A stretch of 64,000 bases of DNA from NCBI GenBank assembly GCA_013265495.1, contig MU057930.1, forward strand, positions 257,599 to 321,598, given 5' to 3'. The position numbers and the translations under genes are program-made. This stretch comes from Vicugna vicugna. Lineage: Eukaryota. Below, in pieces: positions 1 through 13,100 of this stretch. Under the pieces are notes generated by a model. That model was not told the origin of the DNA and did no database searches. It saw only the letters and a list, made by a program, of their open reading frames with translations. The number at the start of each line of letters is the position of its first letter. The stretch's first letter is position 1.

Positions 1-199
1 GGGAGACACTTCGGGAACGCGGAGACTCCTCCAAGAGAGGTCCTTGGTCAGGCTGGGAAGTCAGGGCTGGTGCGTTGCACCCCAAAACCCCACTGGTGCC
101 TTGGGGCCTTGTTGGGGACCCCAGGCTGCTGCATCCAGGCAGGGGGTCCGCACCTAACAGGGAAGGGAGGAGGGGCTTCACCCTGCTCTCAGGAGAGGC

Positions 200-1480
200 G
201 GGCCTGGGGATCCCGTTAAAGAGGCGTGGACGGAGGTGGGGGGCGCCCAGTTTCCCAGCAGGGGCGGAGTTTCGTTTTCCGTCTCCTCCGGGTAGGGATC
301 ACCCCTGGGGGCGCAGGCCCCTCTCCCGCTCCGTGCGCCCGCCCAGCAGCTCCCGAGCTCCCGCCCCCTAGTGCTTCCTGGGACCGCGGGCGGGGCCGGC
401 TCGGGCCGGGGCGGGGCGACCGCGCCGCGGCCTCACCCCTCCCCGCCGCCGGCCCCTTCCCGGGCTGGGGGAGTTCCTCCCGCCGCCAGCCGCCCGCGCG
501 CGCCGCTCCCGGGACGGTCCCTGCGCGGCGCGGGGCGCACCATGGCTCGCCGGGCTGTCTGCGCGCTGCTGCTGGTCGGCCTGCTCGGCACCCTGCTGCC
601 CGCTCGCGGTGAGTGCGCGCCGGGGGCGCGGCGCGGGCTGGGGGACCCGCTTGGAGCCCGCGCCGGGACTCCAGGGAAGGGCCAGACCGGGGGAAGGGAG
701 GGGGCGAAACTTGTGGGGCCCTCCTTGTTGAGGGGGACATACTTTGGGGCACACTGCGTGGGGGACGCACTTCGGGGGTCGCACTGGGGGTTTACATGGG
801 GGTGGGAGGCGCGTGGAGGGAGGCGCGCCGGGGTCCCGGGGCGCCCCTCCCCGCCGGCCGGACGCGCCGCGCCCGCGGGCGGCCACCGCCCCGCTGCCGT
901 CCCCAGCTCCCTCGCTGCGCGCCTTTGGACTCACTCCAGAGGCCGAAAGTCAGCGTTTGTCTTCAGATCCACAAACTCTTAAGAGTTAGAGGCTCCTGGG
1001 CGAGCGGCGGCACCCGACGCCCCCCCCCCCACTTCCCGCGGGATCCCCTTTCGCTCCCGGGGCGCGCCCCCGCGCCCCTGCAGCTGCCCCGTCCCCCGAC
1101 CCCGGCCAGCGCCGGCCCGGCCCTGCGACCCCCCCATCCGGAGCCGCCTCCCGGAGCCACGCCCTGCGGCCTGGGCCTAAATTTGGACTCGTCCCGGGAG
1201 CCCGAAGCCGGGCAGGGGAAGGGGGGCGGGGGGAGTCAAAATACTCGGCGCCGTGGGCACGGTCCTCACCGCTCTGCGTGTCCTGGCCGCGCGGCTCGGC
1301 GCAGAGCGACTCCGGCCAGAGACACGCGCTCTCCCCGGTCGCCGCGCGTGCCCCGTGTGTCCGAGCGCAGGACCCAGACAGTCACAGAGCGAAGTGTCAG
1401 GGGGCGGGCAGGACGCCAGGGCCCCCACGCTCGCCGCCGAAGCTGGCTTCCTCCCCGCCGTCGCGCGCATTTTTCTCCTT
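200..1480. promoter_or_regulatory. CD99 CpG-island promoter with GC boxes (261-269, 408-417) and an ISRE-like element (268-280)
   Basis: Very high GC and CpG density around exon 1; GGGGCGGAG and GGGGCGGGGC motifs; no TATA box near the exon. Confidence 0.85.
542..608 (+). CDS. CD99: CD99 coding exon 1 (signal peptide)
   Basis: caccATGG Kozak context; MARRAVCALLLVGLLGTLLPAR; donor G|GTGAGT at 609. Confidence 0.95.
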
Positions 1481-4091
1481 CTCCTTTTAAAATGGAAGTC
1501 GAGGTCTTAACTTTCCTGCAGTCTCTCTCTGAAGTGCTGGGGTCCTGCTGGGCGTGGCTTAAAAAAATACTCGCTCTCTGCAGTTAAGGGTCGGTTTTTC
1601 CTTGTTGACATGGTTGCTTCTCAGTGGACAGGCACACAGGCCGGCGTCGTTTTAGGATTCAGGAGAGGGGGGTGGGGGTGGGCACACTTTAGGACCCAGA
1701 CACAGGGCAGAGAGGGCCTGGTCTGCACCTGGAAATTTCCAGCTCAGCGCTAGAGGCTGGATTTTGAATTCTGCCCCACCCGACCCTGACTCCCCCATTT
1801 TTGCTCTCCAGAGGATTTGCACATTGATGTGTGCACTTTTTTCGATGTGTCCCATGCATTCTAGAAGTTGTGCGTTCTGGTGGAGAATCATAAAAAAAAA
1901 AAAAATCCAGCCTGACCCCCGGGGACCTCTTGGAAGAGTTTAGAGTTGGCTGGGTGGGGAGGGCCAGGAACGGGTCCCTGCTTTCCTTCGCCAAATCCCA
2001 CCTGACTGCCCCACCACGAACGTTCCACGGGGTCTTGTTTCTGCTGTGTGTTTGAGTGACATCTACCCACAAGAATTTTCCATGCATCCTTCAGGCTATG
2101 CCTTCATTCCAGTTTCATGAGTTAAGTCCTCACGGAGCCTTCACAGTGCGCTGGGTTCCAGGCAAATGGGTCAGAAGGGCTTCTGGTCGCCCAGAAAAGT
2201 ACCATCCGCCCGTGGGGTGGGGGGAGAGAAACATCTCATGGGACAGATAGGATGTCGGACGACAAAGACGGTGACAGCCACACAATTCAAGGACTCAGCG
2301 GCCAAGAACACCATCTTGGCCAGTGTGAGCACTTGGCTGGGTTTGAAGCGCTCTGGGGTGAGACCATTTTTGACAGTTTTAATGTACGGCCTATATTTTG
2401 GGGGCACCCCGGCAAGCCATATGATAATTTTCAGAAAAACCCACAGTAGCCATAACCCGAAATTGCCTGATTTCTAGGCAGGTTGTTCCTGGCCACTCCA
2501 AGATGGGGAAGTTTGACGTTTTAGTGGCAGTGGGGTGGCAGAGGCACAGAGCAGTGGAGGAGGGAGGGGAGGGGAGGGGATCCCGACTCGCCCCCAAAAA
2601 GCAGAGAACGCACAGAGCTTTCCTACAAGTTGGCCTCCTGCCCCACCCCCTCTCCCCTGCCGGATCCTTCTGGGGTCCGGGGCAGGGACGGGCTATTCCC
2701 GAGAGATACAAATGGGGTTTTTATCAGGGGAGAAGCTGAGGACACACTTCCCTCTAGAAATAGGGGTTTGCTTTGGTTTCCGTTCTGGCTACAAAAGTCC
2801 ATTGAGTCAAGGACAGCTCTTCACTTCAGGGCTGAGAGCCCCGGCGTTCTTTCAGAGTCCTGGAGAACACTGGGACCAGGTTTCTCCGGACGTTTCCGTG
2901 GGTTGTGGAGAAGGAAAGAAGCTGCTTCAACTTTAAATAGAGCACGGTTCCCCAGGGGACACTTGGCAAAGTCTGGAGACATTTTTTTGGTTGTCACAAC
3001 TCAGGGAGGGGGGCATCTCCTGGCATGTGGTGAGTGGAGACCAGGGACGCAGCTGCACAGCCCACAGTGCACAGGACGCCCCCCCCATCAGAGAGTCATC
3101 CAGCCCCAGATGTTAAGTTGCGAAACCCTGGTGTTTATAAGTATTAAGAATTCTAGGTTGTTGGCTGCTGGGTGTTCTGATTCTGTTTTCTTCCTCCAGT
3201 TAGAAAAACCCCATTCCAGACCCTAAAACGGCTGGTACCAGGGGGACCTTGGGGAGAAATGGCTGGGACATGGGTCCCCAGCCTCACAGCTCTCCCGGAG
3301 GCGGTCTGCACGCACTGTTTGAAAACCGGAAACGCCAGCGCAAACAGACTTGGGTGGGTTGGGGGTTCCCTGGCACCCCCACACCCAAGCAAGTGTCGGC
3401 TTGATTTCTCCAGCTTCCCACCCCTCTGCCCTGTGGGCGCCGGTCTCTGCCCACTGGGCAGAGGAAGTGAGTTTCATTATCCGGCCTGCATGTTGGCTCA
3501 GATAAAGGATAATTGCCTGTTATTTACCTTAGTGCTTTGCTGGTTTCTGAATTCTCAGTTGACGATGTTTCCACACTTTTTTTTTTTTTTTTTTGTTTGG
3601 GGATTTTAAATTTGTGCATGGGGATATTAAAATACTTGATTTTGGCAGGGGAGGGAGAAGCACTTTTCTTCCTCTGGATAATGTGCTAGTTGGCAGCCTC
3701 TTGTTCAAAAAAAAAAAAAAATAAAGAATGCAGTTAAAAAAAAAAGAAAAAGACAAGTGAACATAAATACAAAACAGAAACAGACTCACAGACATAGAAT
3801 AGACTTGTGGTTGCGAGGGGGTAGCAGGGTGGGAAGGGACAGACTGGGAGTTTCAGATTTGCAAATACGGACAGGTACCTATCGGATAGATAAACAAGAT
3901 TATACTGTGTAGCACAGGGAAATGTATACAAGATCTTGTGGTAGCTCATGGTGGAAAAAAAAATGTGACGGTGAATATATGTATGTTCATGTATAATTGA
4001 ACAACCATGCTCTACACTGGACATTGACCCAACATTGTAAACTGACCGTAACTCAATAAAATAAAATAAAATAAACATGTTTTTTCTAAAA

Positions 4092-4126
<35 letters not shown>

Positions 4127-7100
4127 AATGCAGTTAGCAGAGGAGTTCAGCCCATGCAGAGTGTGAGCTTCGGGGTGGAATATCACAGAGGGTTCCTGGC
4201 ACTTTTTTTAGTGCTCATGTTTTCCCCCAGAGGAGACTGACCACCGCCCACGTGGAGCGTGTGTGGTGTTTGTTCCTGCTGAGATTTTCCAATGACAGTG
4301 GCTGCTTTTAGGAGGAAGAAAAAGCACATGCCTTGTGTGACTTACAGACAGGGTTAGAGGTGAGGCTGCTGCTGTCTTTGGTCGGGGAGGACTCCGAGCC
4401 GCTCAGCACCCTGGAACCCTTTGGACGCCCAGATGTCCGAGGGGCACCGTACAAGGAGACGTGGGAGAGACTCACCTCCCCGAGTTCCCGTGTGGCTTCT
4501 TGTCACACCTGGGTGTCCGTCTCACGTGAAGCAACAGAGAGCGCTCTTTGATCTCCTTTGCCAATTCTTGTGATTGATAAGAGAGTGTGTGCTTACAGAT
4601 CTCCAGAAGTCCTCCTGGGAGGGTACGATATACTGGGAAATAGTTTTTACGGACAAGAGGGGCTTTTTTTTCTAACCCTCGGAAGATGACACGTACTTGA
4701 AAAATGAACGGCCCGCGAGCGTTGTAATCATTCACGTGGATTTAATGATGCACGTCACGGCAGCCCCTTTGTGGCCATGCGGCTGGCCCGAGAGTCTTCA
4801 GTGGGACGGGGAACGTTACAGTTCAACACAAAGTCAGCCCAGAAAAGCCTCTGCACCAGGGGACAGAAGTAATGTCCAGTCACACTCACAACCTTACAGT
4901 ACAAAGACCCCCCCCCCCACACACGCACGCACACAGAGACACATCGCGGTCAACATCCCTGAATATTTCGTTATATTTGCATCCTCCTGGGAGAATCGCC
5001 AGGCTGTGTGGGATGCACAGATTGCTGGTCTTGCGGAATGCCGCCATATTGCATCTCATTTTGGCTTTGTCCTCACATGGAGAGCTGGTTGACCACCCAA
5101 CACTTGCTTTTTTTTTTTTTTTAAAGTTTGTGCTAATCTGTTGGGTGAAAGAAGTTAACTAACAAAAATTCGTTGTTTGTATTTACCTAATTCATCCTCA
5201 AAGGACAGCTCGGACGGATGCTTTGGCTCCAGACCACCGCAATAAAGCGAGTCACGTGAATGGTTTTGGTTTCCTGGTGCACATGAAAGTTATGCAGCCT
5301 CTTAGGTGTGCAGCAGCATTATCTCTTTAAAAAAAAAAAGCATGAAAAAAAAACCAAAGTACAGATCTTAATTTAAAAAATATGCTTTATTGCTCAAAAA
5401 ATGCAAACCATGCTCTGAGCCGTCAGCGAGTTGTCATGGTAACATCACAGATTACTCATCGCTAGTCATCCAAACAAGTGTAATCCTAGTGAAAAAGTTT
5501 GCCGTAGCGGGAGAGTTACCCACATGTGACGCAGGAGCGCAAAGTGCGCCAGTGCTGCTGGGAAAATGGCACCGACACTGCTGGATGCAGGGTTGCCCCA
5601 AACCCGCAGTCTGTCAAAACCGTGGTAAAATGGAGTGCAGTTCGACAGGGTCTGCCTGCGCCTTTCGCATCTGTGTCTGCAGCTGGCCACACAGGGCCAC
5701 AGCAGCTCCTGGCTTTGAACTCCCTGTTCTGCCTATACCGTTCTCACACCAGTTTCGGGAGCGAGCCCGTGGGTGTGGCTCAGCTTTGTGTTAAAAAGGA
5801 CTCGGTGAGCAACCTCATTGCTCATACTATTTAAAAAAAAAAAATCCCCTGAACAGGAAACCAGAAACTTCCGTTTTTCTTTCTGCAGAGTTAGATGCAT
5901 GCAAGTATTTTTTTTTTCTAGTTAGACACCCGTTGGTGGGCTGTGAATTTAGTGAGAGTCCAGCAGTGTAGAAAAGAAGGACATAAAACAGATGAGAGAA
6001 GAAAAACACCCAGCCATTCTGCGCAGGCTTTGGTGACGTCGCCTCTGTCTGGGTGGCCTGGGCCGCGATGGAAAAATGTCTTTGTTCCCGCGGACGGCAG
6101 GCAGGACGGATCAAACTCCGTGGCCGGTCTGGACCCCTTTCACGTTGCTCTGCTTTCTCTAGATAGCATCCCACCATTTTTTTTGAGAAGGGCCATCAGG
6201 TTGCTGAGGATCAGCCACTTTTAAAAGTGCAAAAAGTCATGGCTTCCAAGGGTGCTTTTGACGGGGAAAAAAAAAAAGTGCCCGCGTTCGGTCCTCAGTG
6301 GAAATGACGGTATTTGGCAACACTATGTGCCTCACCCCCCGTGGAAGAGACACAGGGCGACGCTTACATATTGGACACAGAGTAACACTGTGTAGCAGGA
6401 AGGGCACTGGGTGTGCACGAATGTGTGAGCGAGCAGGAGGTGGGTGCTCAGCTGGGTGTGTGCGAGGTCCTGCACAGGGCGCTGCTGGACGGGGGAGGCA
6501 GGGCCCCTCCGTGCTGAGGAATTGACTTAAGGACTCGTGAACTGGCTGCAGGGAGGTAGCCCTTGACGGATGTGATGGATGGTTGATGGGTGGGTGGATG
6601 ACAGACAGGTAGATGGACAGGTGGATGCTCATAGATTGATTGACGGGTAACAGTGATGGATGCGGATCGGTAAATAGATTACCTACGCACACAGCTAGAT
6701 AGAGGACGGAGAGACAGAGAGCTGCGCGAGCCCATCGCAAGCTGTTTCCAGTTGGAGGGGGCACCCTTTCTCGTTGCTTTGAAACTGCCAGCACGCTCAC
6801 CTCGTCACAAGCACATCCCGAGGCATTGGGTTATCATCCCCGCGTTGTGACAGGCTCAGGAGCTGCCTTGGTGTTGGGGAAGGAAGCAGGGAGGGGAAGA
6901 TGGGCCTCTGCTGGGGTGTACATCACACCCTGTGTCCTGCTGCAGCAGAGAAAGCGTCCCGGTCCCCCTCTGGAAGGATGCCGCTGGGTTCCCACCCCCA
7001 GCTCTCTCTCCGGGTGGGGCTTACCCAGGTTACTGCTCAGACACCGGGTCCATCTGGTTGGACCCCTGGCCATATTCTCAGCTCCTCATGATTTTCCTCC

Positions 7101-10100
7101 CTGGTGTTCATCTCCTCCTTCACCCTTACCTTTTGTGATATGACCATGGGCCCAGCCCCCTCCTCCAACAGAAGTTGCCCTTCACTCCTGCCAGCTCCCT
7201 CTCCCACCTCTGATGTTAGCAAGTCCTGCTGATTTCACTTCTAAATCTTTCTCCACCCCTGCCCCATTCTCCATTTCTGCTCTTTTTGAGAACCTCCCCC
7301 CTCCCCCAGCCCCACTCCTCATATCTTTCCAGGATGAATACAAGAAGCCCTTAACTAGTTTGTTCCCTGGACCCTCAGGGACTTTGAGGAGGCCTGGGGA
7401 CCCCCTCACGGAATAATGTATTCTTTAATGCATAAGATAGGATTGCCAAGGAAACTGATGACATGAAACCAACCATCCAGTGTGCAGGTGAAGAAGGCTC
7501 TGGCCTCAGCCAAGGCTGTTGGCAGACCCTGGACCAAAACACCAGAAATGAGAGAGAAGGAAGAAACCATGTTAAGGAGAATTAAGGAAGTGAAAATCCA
7601 TAGCTGGGTTCTGCAAAGCAGGCCACACACTGGCATCACATGGGTGGGCTTCAACACCCTGGTAGATCCCAGCCCCCAAAGTTTCTGATATAACTGGCCT
7701 GGGGTACAGCTGGGGCATTGGGAGTGAAAATAAAATCTCCCTGGGTGTGTAGCCAAGAGTTGAGAACCAACATCTAGAGGCCATGCTTCTCAAACTGTGA
7801 TGTGCATAGGCATTGCCCACGGAAATGCTTTAGTCTTGCTGGGAGGGATGCCAAGGGCTTCCTGGAGGAGGCAGCATCTCATCAGGGCTTTGAGGCATGA
7901 ATAGGAGTTTTCCTGGTACAGAAAGAAGAGATTGGCATTTACTGCCAAGTAGAGGATTTAAGTGAAGGCCTGAGGATGGCCAAGGTGTTTACACTATGTG
8001 ACCCCTTCTCCCCCAAGTCATTCACAACATGTTGGGGGTGATTGTAAATTTTCAAGGAATGCACAGAGACATCTGTGACACACCACAGGCACTACTATGA
8101 GTAAGTCGTTTGTCCTTAAGTACCATCCATCCTTAGTATTCTCAGACTCTCCATTTTGCATATCTGCCTACCTGCTGCCATTTATTTTTAATTCTCAAAT
8201 CACTACTCTCTCAGTTCAGGGATTTGTGCAGGGCAGAGAAAAAAAAAAACTGAGTCACATTTCCGGTCTCAGACTGTGAACAAGTGTCTGTGTAGTGCCA
8301 CGTTTTTGCGTTTTTGTACTTTCTGCTTGTGATTTTGCTGTGTAACCCACCCACCTGCTCACCCCCTCCATGTAGTGCTGAAGTGCTGTCTGTTGCCTCT
8401 AAACACAAAAAGGCTGCCAGGAGCCTTAGGGAGTAAATAATGCATGTGAGACGAACTTCGTTTAGGCAGGAGTGATACTGCTGTGGGCATGGACAATACA
8501 GATTATGTAACATTATGTGATGCAGAAACACGCATAACACCAGGTAATGTGTTATTCATTAGCTGATGACAGTGAGGCCTGAGGGTGCAGCCGCTTAACT
8601 GTCTTTCCTCAGGAGTCATGAGTGAATACTTGCTGATTCAGAATATCTGGTGATTTTATCAAAGGAAACCACCAAATGTAACGTGACTCAGCAGTGATTA
8701 ATAAGTGGAACCGTTAACTCCAGTCTGGGGGCTTTGGGCCAGAACCTGGAGGTGCAGGGGGATCCGTGAACTGATAAAAATTTGGGTCATTTGGGGCCAG
8801 CGTGAAGGGGCAGGACAGGGAGCAGTGTGAAGAGAGGTGGCTGGAGATGAAACTGGAAATGAAGGTGGGGCTTCGAGTCAGGTCCTGGAGATGGTATTTC
8901 GGGGAGCAATGCCTTGGTTTCTTCCCTGAGGGAGGCTGGATCCCCTGGGGTCCTGGAACTCCCTCCCTACAGCAGTGGGCTCAGGGGACCATGGCTGTCC
9001 ATCCCCGCATCCCAGCCCACCATGTAAGGCTCAGAGTGGGTCCTCAGAAAGGGGACCTCAGCCCAGAAGGGTGGGTGGTCACCTGGGAGATTGTTACAAA
9101 TGCAGGTTCACAGGCCTGGCCCCAACCTGCTGAGTCTGTCTTTGGATGCAGAGTCCAGAAATGTGGGCTCGCCAAATTCTAAAAACCGCTGGTCCTCGGA
9201 ACCCAGAGCCCAGCTCACAGCTTGAATGGGTTGTCCGGGGTCTTCTAAAATTTGGCACGGCTGGGAGGGCTGTCCCCCGGAGTTACAGCACACGAGAGAA
9301 CATTCACCTCCTGGAGACTAAACATCTGCCAGGAGGAACGTTCAATCGCGCACCTCGAGAAAGGTCACGCCAGTGTCTGGAGCCGGTCATGCCAGCTGCA
9401 GGAAATCCAGGCCGTCTCAGACAGGGAGGAATCAAATCAAATCAAATCAAACAGCGCCTCCCATCACCTGATCCCGCGGGGGCCCCTCCCTGCTCACCTG
9501 GGGGAGTTGTGGGTTCTATGGAATTACCCGCAGTCAAGCCCCCACAAGCCCAGAGTCGTGGTTTTCAGGAGCGGGCCGTGCGATGGGTTGCTTTTTTCCA
9601 GAAAAGACACCTCTGCCGGGCGTCCCCCAGAGGCTGAGCGTGAAGCACCCGCGTGGTCACTGAGTCCCTCCTAATGTGCTTGTGGGTTTTCTGCAACCTC
9701 TGTTTCTAGTGAGGGTGGGGGAAATGGTGGGAGGGAGTGGAGAACACTCTAGGTCAGCATCTGGCCAGGAGTGGGGCGTGGCTGTCGCGGGTGGACTCAG
9801 GACGTGGGGGACCCTGATGCTGCCTTTGACGGTGGGGGCGACGGGGTCGGAGGTTACGGGGGTCTGTTTCTCACCCCCCCCCAAAAGGGAGAGTTGTGGA
9901 GATCAGCTGGATTGTCCAGAGAGCCCCAGGAACAGACAAGGCCCTGGGGAAATTCATCCGGGGCTGCTGTTAGCCTTGCGGGATTATTATGGGATTCCTG
10001 CCTTATTCGTGTGAACGTCTGGAAGGCGGGGGAATCCTCTGCCTGCCGAATGTTTATTTCAAGTCCAATTTTGTGTCTAGAGGGTACTTCTATTTTTACT

Positions 10101-13100
10101 TATACCTGTATTTGTTTATGTAATTGGTAGTTTTTGTGGGTAAATGATGAATTGCATAATTCATAATTTCTAAAACTGATTATTATATGGTATTTACATT
10201 CTAATTTTATTTCTAGAATTTATTTTTGTTTTATATATATGTATGTTCATGTGTATAATAGTTTCTGTGTATAAATTGCAAATTACATAATTCATAATTT
10301 ATTATAAAAATGTATAGTCTATTTGAGTTTTGACTATATTTTATTCCTATTTTATTTATACATGTATTCATTTATATAATTGATCGTTTCTTTCTATCAA
10401 TTATAATTTGTGTAAATTATAAATTACATAATTTAATTTATTATACAAATTTATAGTCTTAATTTTTTTCTAGAATTTCTATTTATACATATATTCATTT
10501 ATATAATTGATAGTTTCTTTCTATCAATTATAATTTGTGTAAATTATAAATTACATAATTTAATTTATACAAATTTAGTCTAATTTTTTCTAGAATTTAT
10601 TTCTATTCTGTTTATACATATATTCATTTATATAATTGATAGTCTGTGTATAAATTATAAATGGTGTAATTTGTAATTTATTTAATTTTTATAAAAATTT
10701 ATATTCTCTTCAAATTTTGTTTGTATAACATTTCTATTTATTATTTTATTTTATTATATTTATTATATATAATATTTATTATATGTTGTCTTATTCATTA
10801 TATAATCAAGAGGTTCTGCTTATAATTTATAATTTACATAATTTATAATTAATTTATTATAAAATTTATATTTTCTTTCTTATTTTCTTTGTATGCTTTA
10901 TTTCTATTTTATGTCCATATATTTATGTAATTTATAAACTGTGTCTAAAGTGTGAATGGTTTAATTTGTAATTTCTGTGATTATATTTCCGTTTTATTTC
11001 TCTTCTAATTTTGCTTCTGTGGCTTATTTCTATGTTTTTGTATATTTACTTAGGTGATTTATCACTTCTGTGTGTCATAAGTGATGTTGTTCGTAATTTC
11101 TGTAATTATTATCGCCACTACATTTTCTTTCTGTCCTAATTTTGTGTCTATAACTTATCTCCGTTTTATTTGTACTTATTTATGCAGTTGGTAAGTTCCG
11201 GTATAAATGATGTAACTTATAATTTCCGTTAAGTCATTATTACCAGCATTTCTAGCCTCATTTTTATTTCTACGTCCCAGTGCGGTCCTGGTAGAATTTC
11301 GGAGAAACCCGACGGCCTTCTCTTGGTCTGAGTTTGTCCTTTGCTTAGTTCTTGGCTGTCAAACCACCCGTTCGCGGGCCGCGGGGGCAGCGGCGCTCGC
11401 GCCCCGGGGAGGCGCCACACGCCCGGGGTGGCCTCGGCGGCGTCCAGCCGACGGGAAACAGGAACGACTGAAGCCAAGGGAGGGCGCGGGCGGGGATGGC
11501 TCTGCGGGTCCCCGGCTGGCCCCCCGCACGCCTGCGGGCTCCGGGGGGCCGGGAGGGGTGGGGAGCCTGTGCAGGCTTCCCCCATGGGCTGGACTGGGCT
11601 GGGCTGCTTCACCAAGAAGCTCAGTGCCTTCCTTGGATGTGCGGCCCGGACGCCCGGCTCCTGCCCCCTGCGCAGGCTCTGCGCCCAGGCCCACGGGCTC
11701 TGCTGTGTGTCAGGGCCCCGCGGGGGTCAGCAGCGGACATGGAGGTGGGCCGTGACCCCTCGAAGCGGGTGGGGCCTGTAGGAGGGCAGGTCGTGCAGGG
11801 AGACGCGGCGGCCTGGCAGTGAGGGTGCGATCCAGGCGCGCGGCGGTGAGGAACCGGACCTGCGGGGGCGCGGGGACAGCCCCGGGCCGGCTGCACGCAG
11901 GGTGGTGAAGCAGACAGACAGGCAGACGCGTGCACACGCGGTGCTCCCGGGCACATGCAGACGCGCACACACGCAGCACTCGTGTTCAATGCGTATTTGC
12001 ACGCGCAGACACCCGTGAGCGCACGTGTGCACCCCACGTGCACCAGCCCCTGTGGACATCCGTGCCCACAGGGACACGTGGGCGCACGTGCAGACGTGCA
12101 GTGCCCCCCATGCAGTGTGCGTGCCCACGGATGCACGTGCACGCGGACACATCCCCACAAACGCGCCTATCCGTGCGCGTCCGGACCCAGACACGCGCAC
12201 ACAAGTGTGAACACACGTTACGCGTAAAAACCTGCCTTTTACGCTCAGGCTTGTTGCTGTTGGTTTTTAGCGGTCCAGAGAGCCCTCTCTGCTGTTCTTT
12301 ACACTTTTTTTTTATTTTAAATGTTTTAAAAATGGAGGTACTGCGGATGGAACGCAGGTCTTTACGCACGCTAAGCACTTTTTTTTTTTTTTTTTTGCCT
12401 CTGAGTTACAGCCTCACCCTCTCCGTTGTTCTTCTCAAGCCCCCGCGCCCCATTTACCCCTAAACACGGCATCGTGCACTCCTGGAATCTCTTCGGGGCG
12501 ACTTGCCCCGATGTCCGGAGCGTGCTCCTTGGATTTCGGGGTCACCATGATGGCAAGGAAGGCGAGCGTCCGAGGCGGGCGCCTTCGAGCGAATCACCCC
12601 CGTGGGTTTCTGTGTGAACCCATAGGCCCGCGAGCGTGCGCGTGTCGGGCGGGGTCTTCGGGCGCATACAGGTCCCCCCCCATCCGCACCCCACCTCGTG
12701 AGCACCTGCCGCCTCTCACCTGCTGCGGGAAGTGCAGAAACCGCGTCTGTTGGTTGGGCACCTGTGAGGGTGCAGAGTCCGGCACGTCCGGGCTGTGAGG
12801 CGGTGGAACCGCCCCAGTGTGGATGCTGGCGACCGCTCAGGCAGGCTGTCCCCAGAGCTGAGGGTTCTGCCGCCTTCCTCCGAGTTTTTTTTTTTTTTTT
12901 TAAAGTTTGGGGCACATTCCATTGTTCATATAATATTTTTTTAATTGAAGTAGAGTTGGTTTGCAGTGTGTGTTAGTTTCAGGCGTAGAGCACAGTGATT
13001 CCGTTATATGTGGGCGTAAATGTATTTATTTTTTCAGATTCTTTTCCATCAGAAGTTGCTACAAGGTGTTGAATGTAGTTCCCTGGGCTGCACAGAAGAC

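Noticed and set aside
75..1587. Long GC-rich ORFs (up to 324 aa) on both strands
   Set aside because: CpG-island stop-codon depletion; only 542-608 is a true exon
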